Part shown: positions 24,147 to 52,830 of the stretch, piece after piece
How the letters are laid out: the number at the start of each line of letters is the position of its first letter
Numbering within the stretch: the stretch's first letter is position 1
Assembly (NCBI GenBank): GCA_037447605.1
Contig: CM074807.1
Span: forward strand, 372,001 to 436,000
Length of the DNA stretch: 64,000 nt
Direction of reading: 5' to 3'
DNA from: Zygnema circumcarinatum SAG 698-1b
Taxonomy: Eukaryota; Plantae; Zygnematophyceae
Program-made: the position numbers and the translations under genes
The notes under the pieces: generated by a model
Databases searched by the model: none
What the model saw: only the letters and a program-made list of their open reading frames with translations
What the model was told of the DNA's origin: nothing

Positions 24147-25639
24147 ATGGCTGCCGCGCCCTCGCCCTCCCTCCGTGAACGCGTGCGCGTGCTGGCGCTG
24201 AACCAGCTGCAGGCGCTGCTCTCGTACTGGCGGCTCTACACCGCCGCGCCGGGCGCCGACCGCGACGCCTTCGCGCAGACGGCCCTCGACTACAGCAAGG
24301 CGTACGGCGTGCTCGACCTCCCTCCCCTGCCGCCGCCTGTCAAGGAGCCCTCTGCGAGTCTCGAGGACTCCCACATGAGGAAAAGGGCCGCCGTTGAAGA
24401 CCGCCTACGCGAGCTCGCCCTCCCTCAGTTGCGCGCGTTGTTGTACACATGGCAGTTGTGCCCCAATCGCCTCCCCCTCGATCGCCACGCCTTCCTCCAA
24501 GTGGCGCTGGGATACGCGCACCTCCACAAAGTCGTGGAGCTCCCTCCGCTGCCGCCGCCACATGCCCCGGCCGCCGCCTCTCTCGCAAGGGCCGAGGAGG
24601 AGGCAGCGCCAAGGAAGCGGCGGCTTGAGGAGGAGGAGGAGGAGGAGGAGGAGGAGGAGGAGGAGGCGGGCGAGTGCGCCGAGAGGGAGGCGAAAAGAGG
24701 CAGCGTCAAGCGCCTCCGCATGGCGTCGCCTGCTGCGCCCGTCCCCTTCTCTCCCGCTCCCTTCTTCCGCCCGAGGAGGAGAGCCTCCACCTCCACCTCG
24801 CCCTCTCTCGCGGCTCCATCGCTCAAACGACCCGCGGAGGCGGAGGCGCCTCAGAGACCTTATTTGCTCCCTGTGTTCCAACCCCCCATGGAGCGTTCAA
24901 AGAGGGCGGCGAATGGTTTTTATCAGCACGAGCGCGTTGAAGCTGGTGAGTATGCATTTAATATGTCGCTTTGCTTGCAAAGGGACGAGTGGGGAATCAT
25001 TTGATTTCATTTTTTTTTTTTTCATTTTACATGTTATTTTCACACTCTTGTTTCTTACACGTTTGTTTTCTGTCAACTTCTGCCAGGTCTGTCGCATGGC
25101 ATGAGGATGTTCCTCGGCATTGAAAGTTTCAAGCCAACGCCAAAGGTACTTTTTCTTATGCTATTCACTAGGCTAGCCTTGTATGCTNNNNNNNNNNGAG
25201 CGACTGCTTGGAGGCGTACAAGGAAGTGGCGAGCAAACGAGATGAGTTTCGGAAGCTCAAAAGCGAGTGGGACGACTCGCGGCGGCTGGATGAGCTGTGG
25301 AACGAGAAGGAGACGCGCCGCCAGCTGAGGGATGAATACCGAGAAATCGGCCATCAGCTCCTCTTAATATACGTGAGTCAACGGACCCCGCTCGACCTCT
25401 CCTTGCGTTGTTATCCCCCCTTCGTTTCGCTCTCTCACTCTCTTTGTTTCTATCCTGCTCCCTTCCTCCGTAGCTGAAGCTGCCTCTGTCTGCTTGTCTG
25501 CCTGCTTGCTTGCTTGCAGACGCGCAAAGTCCACGAGTTTGTGAAGGTGGAGGCGGTGAGCGTGGCGGATCGAGTGCTGGAGGAGGCCTGTGCCGTCGCA
25601 GCCATTCGCGGTTGGCCGGAGGCGGCCACAGCGGCGTAG
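24147..25639 (+). CDS. Array gene A, copy 3 (gap at 25188-25197 removes exon 3 and part of exon 4)
   Basis: Exon 1 is intact and has 13 Glu in the poly-E run versus 10 in copy 2. The end of exon 4 and exon 5 match copy 2. Confidence 0.7.
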
Positions 25640-26897
25640 AGACACACCACACAGAGGATAGGGCCACTTGCTGCAGGCACACGTTGGATTTTTGCATTCC
25701 TTTTTGATTCGGTGTCCATGTCAGCTTCAGTTCAGTTCGGCCACAGCGGCGTAGAGATAGGCAGAGGATGAGGATGGGGGTGTCGCATTTTTTGAGTCTT
25801 GCATTAGTCGGTGTCTATGGCAGTTCCAGTTCCAGTTGCAGTTGCAGTTCAGCCACGGTGTCGTGGAGACAGGCAGGAGGGCGGTGTCGCATTTTTGCAG
25901 TCTTACATTAGTCGGTGTCTATGCCAGTTCCACTTTCAGTTGCAGTTGCAGTTTTAGTGCAGTTTGGTCAACTGGGATAGCGATTTTTTTGCTGCAACAT
26001 TTATTATGTTAGCAGTTTCCATCGCTACTTCCCAGTTTTCAAAGTGCAGTTCAAGAGTGTTGTAACTGAACATGGAACTGGCTGGTTGACCAGCATGTTT
26101 CATTTTTAGTTCAGATTTTGATCTTGTCCTCTCCTTGTTCTGAAAAGTGTGTAAAAGTTAAAACCTTTTGAACGTGAACTGTGTTTTTGCCCATAATTCT
26201 TTCTTTCTGCTCTCCTCCCCTCTCCTGGCAGAAGAAGCCTTTCAGCTTCTCTCCGAACCGGTTGAAGTGGAAGGGCCAAAGAAAGAAAGTCTGCGGGCAG
26301 TCCAATCCGTTCATTTCGATGAAAGAAAATACACGACTCGAGTGACAGCCGCTCGCTGACTTGGAGATTGTGTAACCAACCATTGGATCATTGATTCGCG
26401 GAAAACACCCCTCATTGCCAATGCTTGCAACCAACCACTGGCTGGCGACCCAGCCAACCATTGCCAAATGACTGCAACTATTGGATCCAATGATTGGTTG
26501 GATCAAGAATCAGCGGTTGACAAATCGCAACCATTGCCAATGTTTGCAACCAGTGGACCATTGACCTTTTGTATGACGTCAGAAAGGTGCAAACCTAGGA
26601 TAAACTCGCTCCAAGCCTGCTTTAAAATGTCCCTTGGGTTCGCACCAATAGGGGTAGGCGGCCCGTGGAGCACACTTGCCCACGTCACAGCGTCGCAGAA
26701 GGTTCCGGTTGCTTTTGCTCCTCTGCGAACTGTACTACAGACATCAGAGGGTGGGAGTGGGAGAGGGAGAGGAGGGAAGCTGGAACTCAATATTTCCGCT
26801 TAGAATCTCAGAATTCTCTGTATATTATTGTTATTGCATGTGGGCCAAGGAGTAAACTGCTCAATCCGAGAGCAAGTTGAAGACCATAAGGCGTTTA

Positions 26898-29800
26898 ATG
26901 GCATCCATTGTGCCCTCGCTGGCCTCAGCGGCCAGCTTGAGGACTGCGGGGGCGCCACGTGTCATTGCCGCAGCTCGTGCAGGGAGCTCCCTTCGTCTTG
27001 TTGCAGCTGATCGGAGGCTGCAGGGCGGAGCGTCCTGCAGTTCGTTCACGCACCGATTTCTGTGTGGTGGAATCTTGGGACTCGGTCTTTTCGGAGCAGC
27101 GGGGCTGCCGCCATGGCAGAGCAGCAGCACGATGCCGAACTGTCAGTCTGCAGGAAGGAGTGCAGTGACTACGCAGGCAGTAGCCGCAGAGCTTGAGACT
27201 CGTCCTGCTGGAGTCGATAACCCACTCCTGGTGCCCTCCACCTTTCCGTTGTTCGATAAGATTGAACCGCAGCATGTCGTCCCGGGCATTCAACAGATCA
27301 TTCAAGAATTGGTGAATTTGCAGTGCTCCCTATTTAGAGAAAGACTTATGCTGCTTTTGTGCTTTCGTTTTCCAAGATGTATCTCTGAGATAGTTTGAAA
27401 GGGTAATGGAGAACTGAAGCTGGATTTTTTCATCAGCGATTTCCGTTTCCTGAAGGGCTTTAGATTAGCATTTGAGAATTTCGTTGTTGCGGTTTTTTCT
27501 TCTGCATACCTAGTCAAATGTTTTCCAGTACCTGAACATCGGTTTTCCTTTCATCTCACTGAATAAGGATAAGTGAGAGTGAAGTATGATTTTTTCAAAA
27601 GGGCAACTGCATGTATGCATTAAATACAGGGTAAATAATTTTGGAGGCTTGCGCAAAACTTGTAGGTGTCACACCTCATCAAAGCCATGAGATACACACA
27701 CAATGACTCAACCATTTATGAGTGTCTATTGTATCTTGCAAATTCAACAGGATTGAATGTAGCTCCTTCGTGAAACCAACTTGGAATAGAGTCCATGATT
27801 TTTAATAGTGGACACTCGAAACTTGAGGGCTTCAACTTCAATTGGTGTTCAAATTTGTTTAGATTGACAGAGGGCTGACTGTTGTCGTCGCTCTTTGTAT
27901 TGTTTTATTGTTGTGTGTGAACGTCTCGCTGGTGGGGGCTGGCATGAATTTCAGGATGCTGAATTGGCTAAGCTAGAGGAGAACGTAGCCCCTGAATGGG
28001 AGAAACTGGCGCATCCCTTAGAGCGAATTGGAGATCGGCTGGCGGTTCCGTGGGGTGCAGTTGGTCATCTTAAAGGAGTGAAAGACTCCGAGGAGCTTCG
28101 CAAGGCAGTGGATACTGTTCAGGTGAACATTTTCTGAAAAGCCTTTCCTGAAGAACCCTTCTTAACGGATCCCTTTGATAAGAGTTAGTTGCTTGTATAC
28201 ATTTGAGGATATGGGAAGCGTGAGAAGATTTAGGAAGATGAAGGGAGTCCGGGACTGTTGAGGAAATTATGCTTTAAAGGCATTGAAATAGTTTGGCATT
28301 AGTACTATGTCAGGTATGGATTTTGGAGAAAAGGGATTCAATGATTTTTCGCTGAAGAACTCGCTCTTGGCCCTTGGCAGCTCCTGTCTTTGCTTGACAG
28401 GAGTCGGCGTGATTTTCAATTTTAATGTTGAAGTGCAAGTTTAATCTTTTGCCGCTAGTGAGTAGAATGTAGTGTTCTTCGAACTTAAAGTGATAAAGTC
28501 GCTCTTCAGTTACTGGATCGCTTTGCCCAGCACTGATGGTTAACAGGGTAGGATACTTGGACAAACCAAGGACAAAACCTGACTAGAAAATTATGTTCAA
28601 GGCTCGCAGGTACATTTGAAAGTAAGTCTAATTCTATGACAAACAAGCCTGTAGCAAAACTGTTGGAAGTCTGCTGCTGCTCCATTAACAGACTGTCATT
28701 GGTCGTCTTGCAGCCAGAAACCGTAAAATTTTCCCTTAAGATTGGCCAGAGTCGACCTATTTATGATGCATTTAAAGCTCTGCGCGAAGGTCCTTCATGG
28801 GAAACGTTGAGTGAAGCACAAAAGCGAATCGTGGAGTGTGAGTTTGACCTTGCTCCGTCACCTGAATTCGTCCTTCATTTCATTGTGGTTCGAGCAGAAA
28901 GAAGTCGTCGATGTGGGTAGGGCCTAATTAAATTACTAGCCATGTCAGTTCTCACACCTTTCTTGTCGGAGCATTGTTCCATTTGAGTGACCTACATGAA
29001 ACATACTAATTTGAGGCAGGAAAATATGTCAATTCTTGCATCAGAAGCTCATAAGTCTTAGTTGGATGGAGATTTTTGCAGCGGAATTAAAGGGTGCAGA
29101 GTTAAGTGGAGTGGCCCTGGAGGGTGAGGCCAAGACTCGCTTCAATGAGATTCAGCAGGTGTGTAGCCGACTTCTAATTTTCCAATTTGGATTCTTCTTT
29201 CCTTATGGAGCCTCTATTGTTGACTGCAGGCATATCCACCAACCCTAGCAAATCCGTTCTCAATTGTATACTTGGTTGACGGTGCGGTGGTACAGGAGCT
29301 TGCAACTCTCTCCACTAAATTCAGCAACAATATTTTGGATGCAACTAAGGCATATACGCGATTGGTTACTGACCCAAAGGATGTGGACGGACTTCCTCCC
29401 TCTGCCCTTGGATTGGCTGCTCAAACTGCCGTTGCCAAGGTGATGGAATGAAATGTGCATGCTTACTTTACTTTGTTGTTTGCTCGTACCTCAACTTTCT
29501 GCAGATTATGGCTGTTTGAGTTTCAGTTCATTGTGTGTTTTGTTGTTCATTGTGTGTGTGTTCATTGTGTTCATTGTTCATTGTTGCTTCATGCTGAATG
29601 GGACGAGCATGTGTCTGCAATTGCTGTGCAGGGACATGAAGGTGCAACGCCTGAGGAGGGTCCGTGGGTGTTCACATTAGACATTCCCTCCTACATGCCT
29701 GTCATGCAGGTAGGATGAAGACATTTCTTTTTCCTTTTATTATTGAAAATATCTAACCGAATACGGTGGGAACAAGCCCGCAAGATTCCTTTGCTTTGGC

Positions 29801-32800
29801 TGCTGAAGAATGGCAACGCATGTCTTGCCACTGCACGAATTGGATGACTGAAGTGGGAGCCATCTTTCAGCATCATCCATTTTTTGATGTGCAAACGGAT
29901 GTCTAGAAACTCTAGGATTTGGTTTGTTTCTGAATTCCCTTCAACGTTAGGTTCGGTTTCCTCTTGTTCATCTTGCAGCATGCAAAGAATCGTTCTCTGC
30001 GAGAGGAGATGTACCGAGCTTACCTCACACGTGCATCTAGTGGAGAGAACGACAATTCCCCCCTCATTGAGCGCATCTTGTCTCTCAAGAAGGAAAAAGC
30101 TGCACTTGTCGGCTATTCCAACCACGCAGAAGTAAGAAGATGAATCTTTTATAAATGCGTGCTTGGGAGGCTTTAGAAGCAATGGGGGAATTGCGGATCG
30201 TTTTTCCTTCCTGAATCTTATCCAGCCATGAATTGAATATGATTTGAAGTGTGAATGTAATATAATATAATAATGATAATGATGATAATGATGATGATGA
30301 TGATGATGGGGATGGATGATGGCGTGCAGGTGAGTTTGGCAATGAAGATGGCGACTTTGGAGAAAGCAGAAGAGCTTCTGGAAGAGCTCAGAAGTGCTTC
30401 TTGGGATGCAGCGGTGAAAGGTGGCTATCTCTCTCTATTACCAGGACTGCTCTAAATTTGACATATGGGAAAGCAAGCACGTTACGCAGCTTGATTCTTG
30501 CAGCTAGATATTCTCTGCTAGATTACTTTTTATCAATGTTCTTGTTTGCAGGTATTCACCTCTTATACAGTACTTGATACTAAGGCTTATACATCGTCTC
30601 ATTTTGGACGAAGTCTATGGATTTTTTTTTCTGCAGATTTGGAAGATCTGAAAGCCTTTGCTAAGGAGGCAGGAGCGGCAGAAGCTGACGATATTCGCCA
30701 GTGGGATACCACCTTTTGGAGTGAGAGACTTCGAGAAGCCAAATTCGACATTAGCGAGGTGGGTTACTATCACTGCTGACGATGGGTGTGTATCTTTCAC
30801 AAACTACTCACTACCCTCATCCTCAGTCTTCATTCTCTCTCCTCCATTATCTCGTCAGCTGAATCGAATTCAGTTGGTAATATTCTGATTACAGGAGGAG
30901 CTCCGCCCCTATTTCTCCTTCCCACGAGTCTTGGAGGGTCTCTTCAGCCTTGCTCAAGAGCTATTCGGAGTTCAAGTTGAAGCAGCTGATGGAATGTCAC
31001 CGGTATGTCCTCATTTTCCCCGTACATGTTCCGATAAACCCAAATTTTAAATCGATAAAACCTGCAAAATACAACGCTCGCAAGGGTCTTCGGCCCTTTA
31101 AAGTGAAACCCTCTGACTGAAAAGAGCAAATTTAATTAAATTTTATTCAAATTCCCCGTTTGATGTGAGGCAGGTATGGCATCCGGATGTTCGCTTCTTC
31201 CAAGTGAAGGACTTGGAAGGCAACCCTGTTGCTTACTTCTATTTGGACCCTTACTCCCGTCCGGAGGAGAAGAGGGGAGGAGCATGGATGGATGATGCTG
31301 TTGGTAGGAGCCGTCTCCTCGCGCCACGTGGCACCTCAGTGCGTCTCCCTGTAGCCCACATGGTCTGCAATCAGACTCCGCCAGTGGGAGACAAACCCAG
31401 TCTGATGACTTTCAGAGAGGTATGTATGTGTTCAAAAGTTGAACTCAAGAATTGACCTCGAAACTCGGATATGGAAGCCCCCACCTGTTTGTTTTGTTTG
31501 CGAGTTGAGGGGGACTCTCATTTTGTTGTATTGGGGGGAGTCTGAATGGGGCAATTGTGTTGGTGGGGGAGGGGGCAGGTGGAGACTTTATTTCACGAGT
31601 TTGGACATGCTCTACAGCACATGCTGACTAAGCAGGATGAGGGTTTGGTGGCCGGCATTAGGGGAGTTGAGTGGGATGCTGTTGAGCTTCCTTCCCAATT
31701 TATGGAGAATTGGTGCTACCACAGGTGAGAGAGGGAGATTGCTGCCCTTAGTTAGTGCTTCCCTGGTCGCAAAATGGAAAGTGAAACTGGGAAAAGTAAA
31801 CATGTGGTTGTATTGTTTTATTATTATTAAGGGGTCGTCTTTAATTGATTGTGGGTCTACAGGGCCACCTTGATGGGTATCGCTACACACTATGAAACTG
31901 GAGAGCCATTGCCCGAGGAGCTTTATAACAAATTAGTGGCCGCTAAAACTTTCCGAGCAGCTTCAATGATGATGCGTCAGGTGAGTGTCAATAATGAGTC
32001 AAATATTGCTGTTCGTTAAAGGAATGAGCTGGACCAGAATCCTACAACAGTCATGCCTTTTGAGCTCCATTGAATGTAATAAAATTACACGTCGTTTTAG
32101 CCGCTGCTGCGATCGATCAACCTTATGGGTTTTTAAAGGGGTGAAGAAAGAGACTGAAGAGTATATCGAAAATGCTGGCGAGCATCTACCTCTCTGTGAC
32201 GTAAAGGAGCTCCTTTTGGTTTGTTTCTCCCTCTGTTCTGCAGCTTCACTTTGCCTGCCTTGACTTAGAGCTTCACTCCCGCTATCAGCCCGGGGGGCCG
32301 GAAACTGTGTTTGATGTTGATCGCCGAGTAGCAGAGAGGACCATGGTGATGCCCCCACTGCCTGAAGATCGGTTTCTATGTGGGTTCAGTCACATCTTCG
32401 CTGGGGGCTACGCTGCCGGCTATTACAGCTACAAGGTCTGCTTTTCACACTTACCCTTTTTCACGGACTACTTTGCAATGAGTCTGCGGGTTTTCTGTTT
32501 ATGTGGAGAATCTGTGTTGTTTGTCACTGTGCATTATGGGATTTTCGGGGCACAGTACAAGTGTGGTATTTCTGCCACAGAGGGCAGCAAGCAAAGCACC
32601 AAAGTTTTTGGCTCAGTGAGTCGACTCAAAAGAGTGGTTAACCTTCTTGTGGGTGTGTTTTTAAATCGGAAGGGGATTTGTGGGAGCAGTGGGCAGAGGT
32701 GTTATCTGCTGATGCCTTTGCAGCGTTCGAGGAGGTCGGCCTTGAGAATGAGGAGGTGAGAGGGTCGCCCAGTCCTCTCTGTGTGCTTGCTATCTTCGTT

Positions 32801-33426
32801 ACTTGAACTGCATGCAGCTTCACTATGTCTGGTAGAGCCTGTTCTCATGTAGCTTACCGAACTGTTTTGTAATACAAGTAATGGGTAATTATCTGAAGAG
32901 CAAGAGCTCTACGCAAACGTGAGGGGTTACCAGATATCTTCTTGTATAGGATTCATTACTAAATCTACTCATCTACTACTATGTGGGTCTATTTTCTACT
33001 TATCTACCTCTGCTATATCTCTCTCGTACTCTCATTATCAGATATGGGATCTAGTTAGGATTTTTCGTGGACTCTATTTTCTGGCCAAACGCTCACAAAT
33101 TCGGTACCTTCTGGTGGGGATGTCTGAACAGAAGGTGAAGGAGACAGGGAAGAGATTCCGAGAGACTGTATTGGCCCTTGGAGGAGGGCGGGCTCCTCTT
33201 GAGGTATGGACAGTACCTTCAATTGAGGTCGTTCTCTCTCAATTACTGAGCATGCTGCTTGAAGGGCTAGATTACTCCCAGCTCTTTTCTGGGTTCCAGT
33301 TGGTTGACCATATAGTCTGACGCGTAGTTTATTCTATGACAGGTGTTTAAGGACTTCCGAGGAAGGGAGCCTTCTACTGAGTCCTTGCTGCGGCACAGTG
33401 GCCTCCTTGCAACTGCGGCTGCTTGA
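26898..33426 (+). CDS. OOP: Organellar oligopeptidase A (M3A zinc metallopeptidase) with N-terminal transit peptide
   Basis: Exons give [60 protein letters not shown] (HEXXH), [33 protein letters not shown]|[10 protein letters not shown] and [17 protein letters not shown]. Confidence 0.95.
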
Positions 33427-34346
33427 TTGTTTCCAGGAGAAGCTGAGTGCTTGTGTATTCACAGCTCGAGAAGGTTTGAAATAGCTTTTAAAACGTTCTT
33501 ATGGTTTTTTGGGGGTCTGTAGAGTTGTGAGGGAAAAAGTTAATGCAGTAGTGCTTGTAACAGTGGGTTGGATAGCAGCAGGGGAAGGGGCTGGCTGGCT
33601 GGCTGGCTTCGATGAATAATATGTTGAAAGTTAAGTTATATATTCTCTGTAGCCTTTTATCGTTCAATGCATGCTCGTTGGAAGCTCTATAACGGCACCA
33701 TTTGATTCTCGATGTTACAAGTAATACATATATAGGTATATTTCTGAAGTGATCTTGTCAATACTCTCCAAGAAAGAGCATGTGTTAAACATATTGGAGG
33801 CTGCTATAAAATGAAAAATTATCGGTGCGAGACCGCTCTGTTCTGAAGTGCTTCAAATCGATCAATAGTCAGAAATCTTGCCTAAAATTTTCCACTAGTA
33901 CAATATCCAGCACAGTAGTCTTGCGTATCGGGACACCGAGTGATACAGAATATTCTCGATATGATTCGATACATTCCAGCTGAGCCGATACTGCCCTGTG
34001 CGCTGAGAGGGAGCGACGGGCAGAGGGAGAAACATTTCGCAAACGGGCTACCGACCGTACAGTCCTACCAGCCAATCACGATTCAGCAGGCTGCAACGGG
34101 CAGAACTAGACCGCAAAAAAAATATCGAGGTGATATATCGAACTGAGTCGTCACATCTATAGTGGCGATATGATATCGGGAAGCTTTAGGAAAATCTCAG
34201 CCGTTCAAAAGGTTTGATCCAACGGCTGTGGGTCCTCCTCCGCCTCCCATTTCCCCTGCCTCGTGCTCCTGAGGCGCCCTCTTTCAGCGTCTCCCTCAGC
34301 GTCGCCATATCCTTGAGCTCCGCCTGCTTCTGCGCCGGCAGCAGCC

Positions 34347-35233
34347 ATGGTGAGAAAGGCTCCCTCTCACCCTCTTCCTCATATCTCTCCGCCCCCTTGC
34401 GTTTTTTTCCCTTCCTCTGATCCCCCTCGGCTTCCCTCGTCTGCTTGCTTGCCACTCCTTGGCCTTCCTCCTCGGTTCCCTGCTTTGCATCCCTCGGTTC
34501 CCCCTGGCCTCCCCGCCTTCTCTGGAATTTAGGCTGAGTATGTTTGTGGCTGGCGAGTGCAGGACGCTCCTCCAAAGCTCGCAACTGTTGTGAAGGTGGT
34601 GGGCCGCACGGGCTCACGAGGGCAGGTCACGCAAGTGCGTGTCAGCATCTTGGACGACAAGGAGAAGAACCGTGTCATCATGCGGAATGTGAAGGGGCCT
34701 GTCCGGGAAGGTGAGCCCTTAACCTGTATGGGGGAACCCTAAATACCTCCACTCACTTCCCCAAAAAAAAAGCAAAACAAAATCTGAAAATGGGGACCCA
34801 CACAATCAGTAAACAAGGCGTTTTGCCGAAATACCCAAGTATTAAGATTTCAGAAATCTTACTTGAACGGCGCGGTAATTCGAAAAGTCGAGGCCGCAGT
34901 CGGAGGCCGTCGCCGTCCCTCGGATGGGTCTATTGACATGCTACTCTGCTTTAGACTTCGCTAGACATCTCCAATTTTGCTTTGGGGTTTCGAATTTTGA
35001 GGTAGACATCTCGGAATATTTGCAAGAGAAAGCCTCTTGCTGTTCTGAAGCGGTAGTATTCAGGCAGTGAGGTTTGTTCTTCTGAAGTACATACACATGG
35101 CTTGGGTTGAGGATTTAGGGTTCCTAGATGTACGTCCCAGCTTATGTTTGCTAATTTGTTGGACTAATTGCTCTTTGCAGGTGATATCTTGACTCTTATG
35201 GAGTCTGAACGCGAAGCCAGAAGACTTCGATAA
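34347..35233 (+). CDS. RPS28: 40S ribosomal protein S28 (eS28)
   Basis: ATG exon 34347-34349; 34563-34710 ([23 protein letters not shown]...[12 protein letters not shown]); 35181-35233 ([16 protein letters not shown]). Confidence 0.96.
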
Positions 35234-36460
35234 ACAAGACTAAGGGAGAGTTTGGCTTAATTGTAATTGGTGCGAGCAGTTTCTTTTCACAACAAGAGCT
35301 CTCTCTTAAGCGCGCATTTGTGCTGTAGCGGACGAAGATAAGGTGTGAATCTAGTAACTGCACAATTTAGTAACTGCACAATTTTCAATCCAGCCTCCCC
35401 TTTCACTTTCTTCACACCTCATGTTTTGGTCGTCTCAGACTGCAAGTCCCACAATTCTCCGAAGGATGAGAGCAGTGAAAATTTTTGCTTGGGAAGGGAG
35501 GGCTTGATTGGTTGCGAGTTCTGAATTTTACCGGTTTTGACTCTTTCGCCGTCTTTGGTGGACAAGAGTTGGTAGCTGAACATGTGGGGAGTGGGGACCC
35601 CTAAATTTGAGTACTTGAAGGAAAACCCAGAGTTTTAATTTGCTCACAAATTTGGTTTTGGGATTGCTTGTCAAATGCCTCACTGCCTTTTCATGCTGTT
35701 TAACTCCTTCGAGCTGTATTTGAAACCAACTGTACATGTGACTGGCGTATGGAAATCTGTGGGATTCGACTGTTGCAGCCTGTCATGTGAAACGGAACTG
35801 ATCACACAAGAACTGTCTGTAAAACGCTGTGAATCCAATATGAAGAATGGGATTAGGGCTCCAGCTTAGAAACAGCCTAAGTCAGTAACCCCTGCATAGA
35901 CTGGTTAAACCTTTGAAACAGAGAAATCTTAACTGCAGACATGGAGGACTGCTTGAAAGTGTTAAAACTGGGTTTTCAGCTTGAATCGGGCAGTAATGGA
36001 GGACTCTCAGCTGCCTCCTATCCAGGGCAAAGCAGACTATGAACGTAAAGAAGCAAAAAAATTGCCATGCCGTCATAAACAGCACTCTTCATTGAAAGCC
36101 AAATAAAAGCAAAAACAAGAGCCTTTTGACACTTAAATTTTCCACCTGTGAAGTAACCCTCATGCTTGATGGCCAGGCACCTGAAAAGCCTTATGCCCTG
36201 TCTGCATGCCCTTCGCTGGGAAGCCTCATTGACAGGCATTATGAGGTAAACGAGAAGAAGAATTTGAACCAAACCATGTGCCACGTTACTGGCTGGCCCC
36301 TCGTATGCTCGGTTCCAAAAAATCTGCAAAAAAGAGTCACCAAATTTTTCTTTCCTCAGATTCATAGTTCGAAGTTCGACCACCAAATGAGGAAATTAAA
36401 AAAAAAAAAAATGTGTTTCTCAAGGCTCACTATCACCCCTATGCTGCTTATGCCCCTAGC

Positions 36461-36515
36461 GTGACGTGACGTGACGTGACGTGACGTGACGTGACGTGAC
36501 GTGACGTGACGCGAC
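36461..36515. repeat. (GTGAC)10 pentanucleotide run
   Basis: Read directly; about 80 bp upstream of the probable GFS12 start. Confidence 0.95.
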
Positions 36516-36590
36516 GCCACTGCCTGCAGCCTTCCATCAAAAAGGCACGCTTAGGTGTCCAGCTGGTGAGAGCAGACACGTGTCGCCTCT

Positions 36591-52726
<16,136 letters not shown>

Positions 52727-52771
52727 GGGGGGCACAAACTTTGAGTTTGTGGGGCCGGGTTTTGTACAATC

Positions 52772-52830
52772 TAGGGTTAGAATTAGGATCAGGGTTAGGG
52801 TTAGGGTTAGGGTTAGAGATAGGGTTAGGA
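52772..52830 (+). repeat. Second, shorter TTAGGG tract in the GFS12 3' region
   Basis: About 10 degenerate hexamers starting 45 bp after the stop codon. Confidence 0.85.

Larger units (their letters stand above)
5311..26560 (+). repeat. About 21-kb tandem cassette array, period about 9.05 kb (A-B-A-B-A)
   Basis: Identical or near-identical ORFs recur at 8912/17955, 9478/18522, 12976/22049, 13903/22979 and 15094/24147 (offsets 9043-9076). Gene A occurs three times and gene B twice. Confidence 0.95.

Noticed and set aside
5311-26560. 9-kb period suggestive of an rDNA unit
   Set aside because: No 18S, 5.8S, 28S or 5S motifs are recognisable; the unit holds spliced protein-coding genes.
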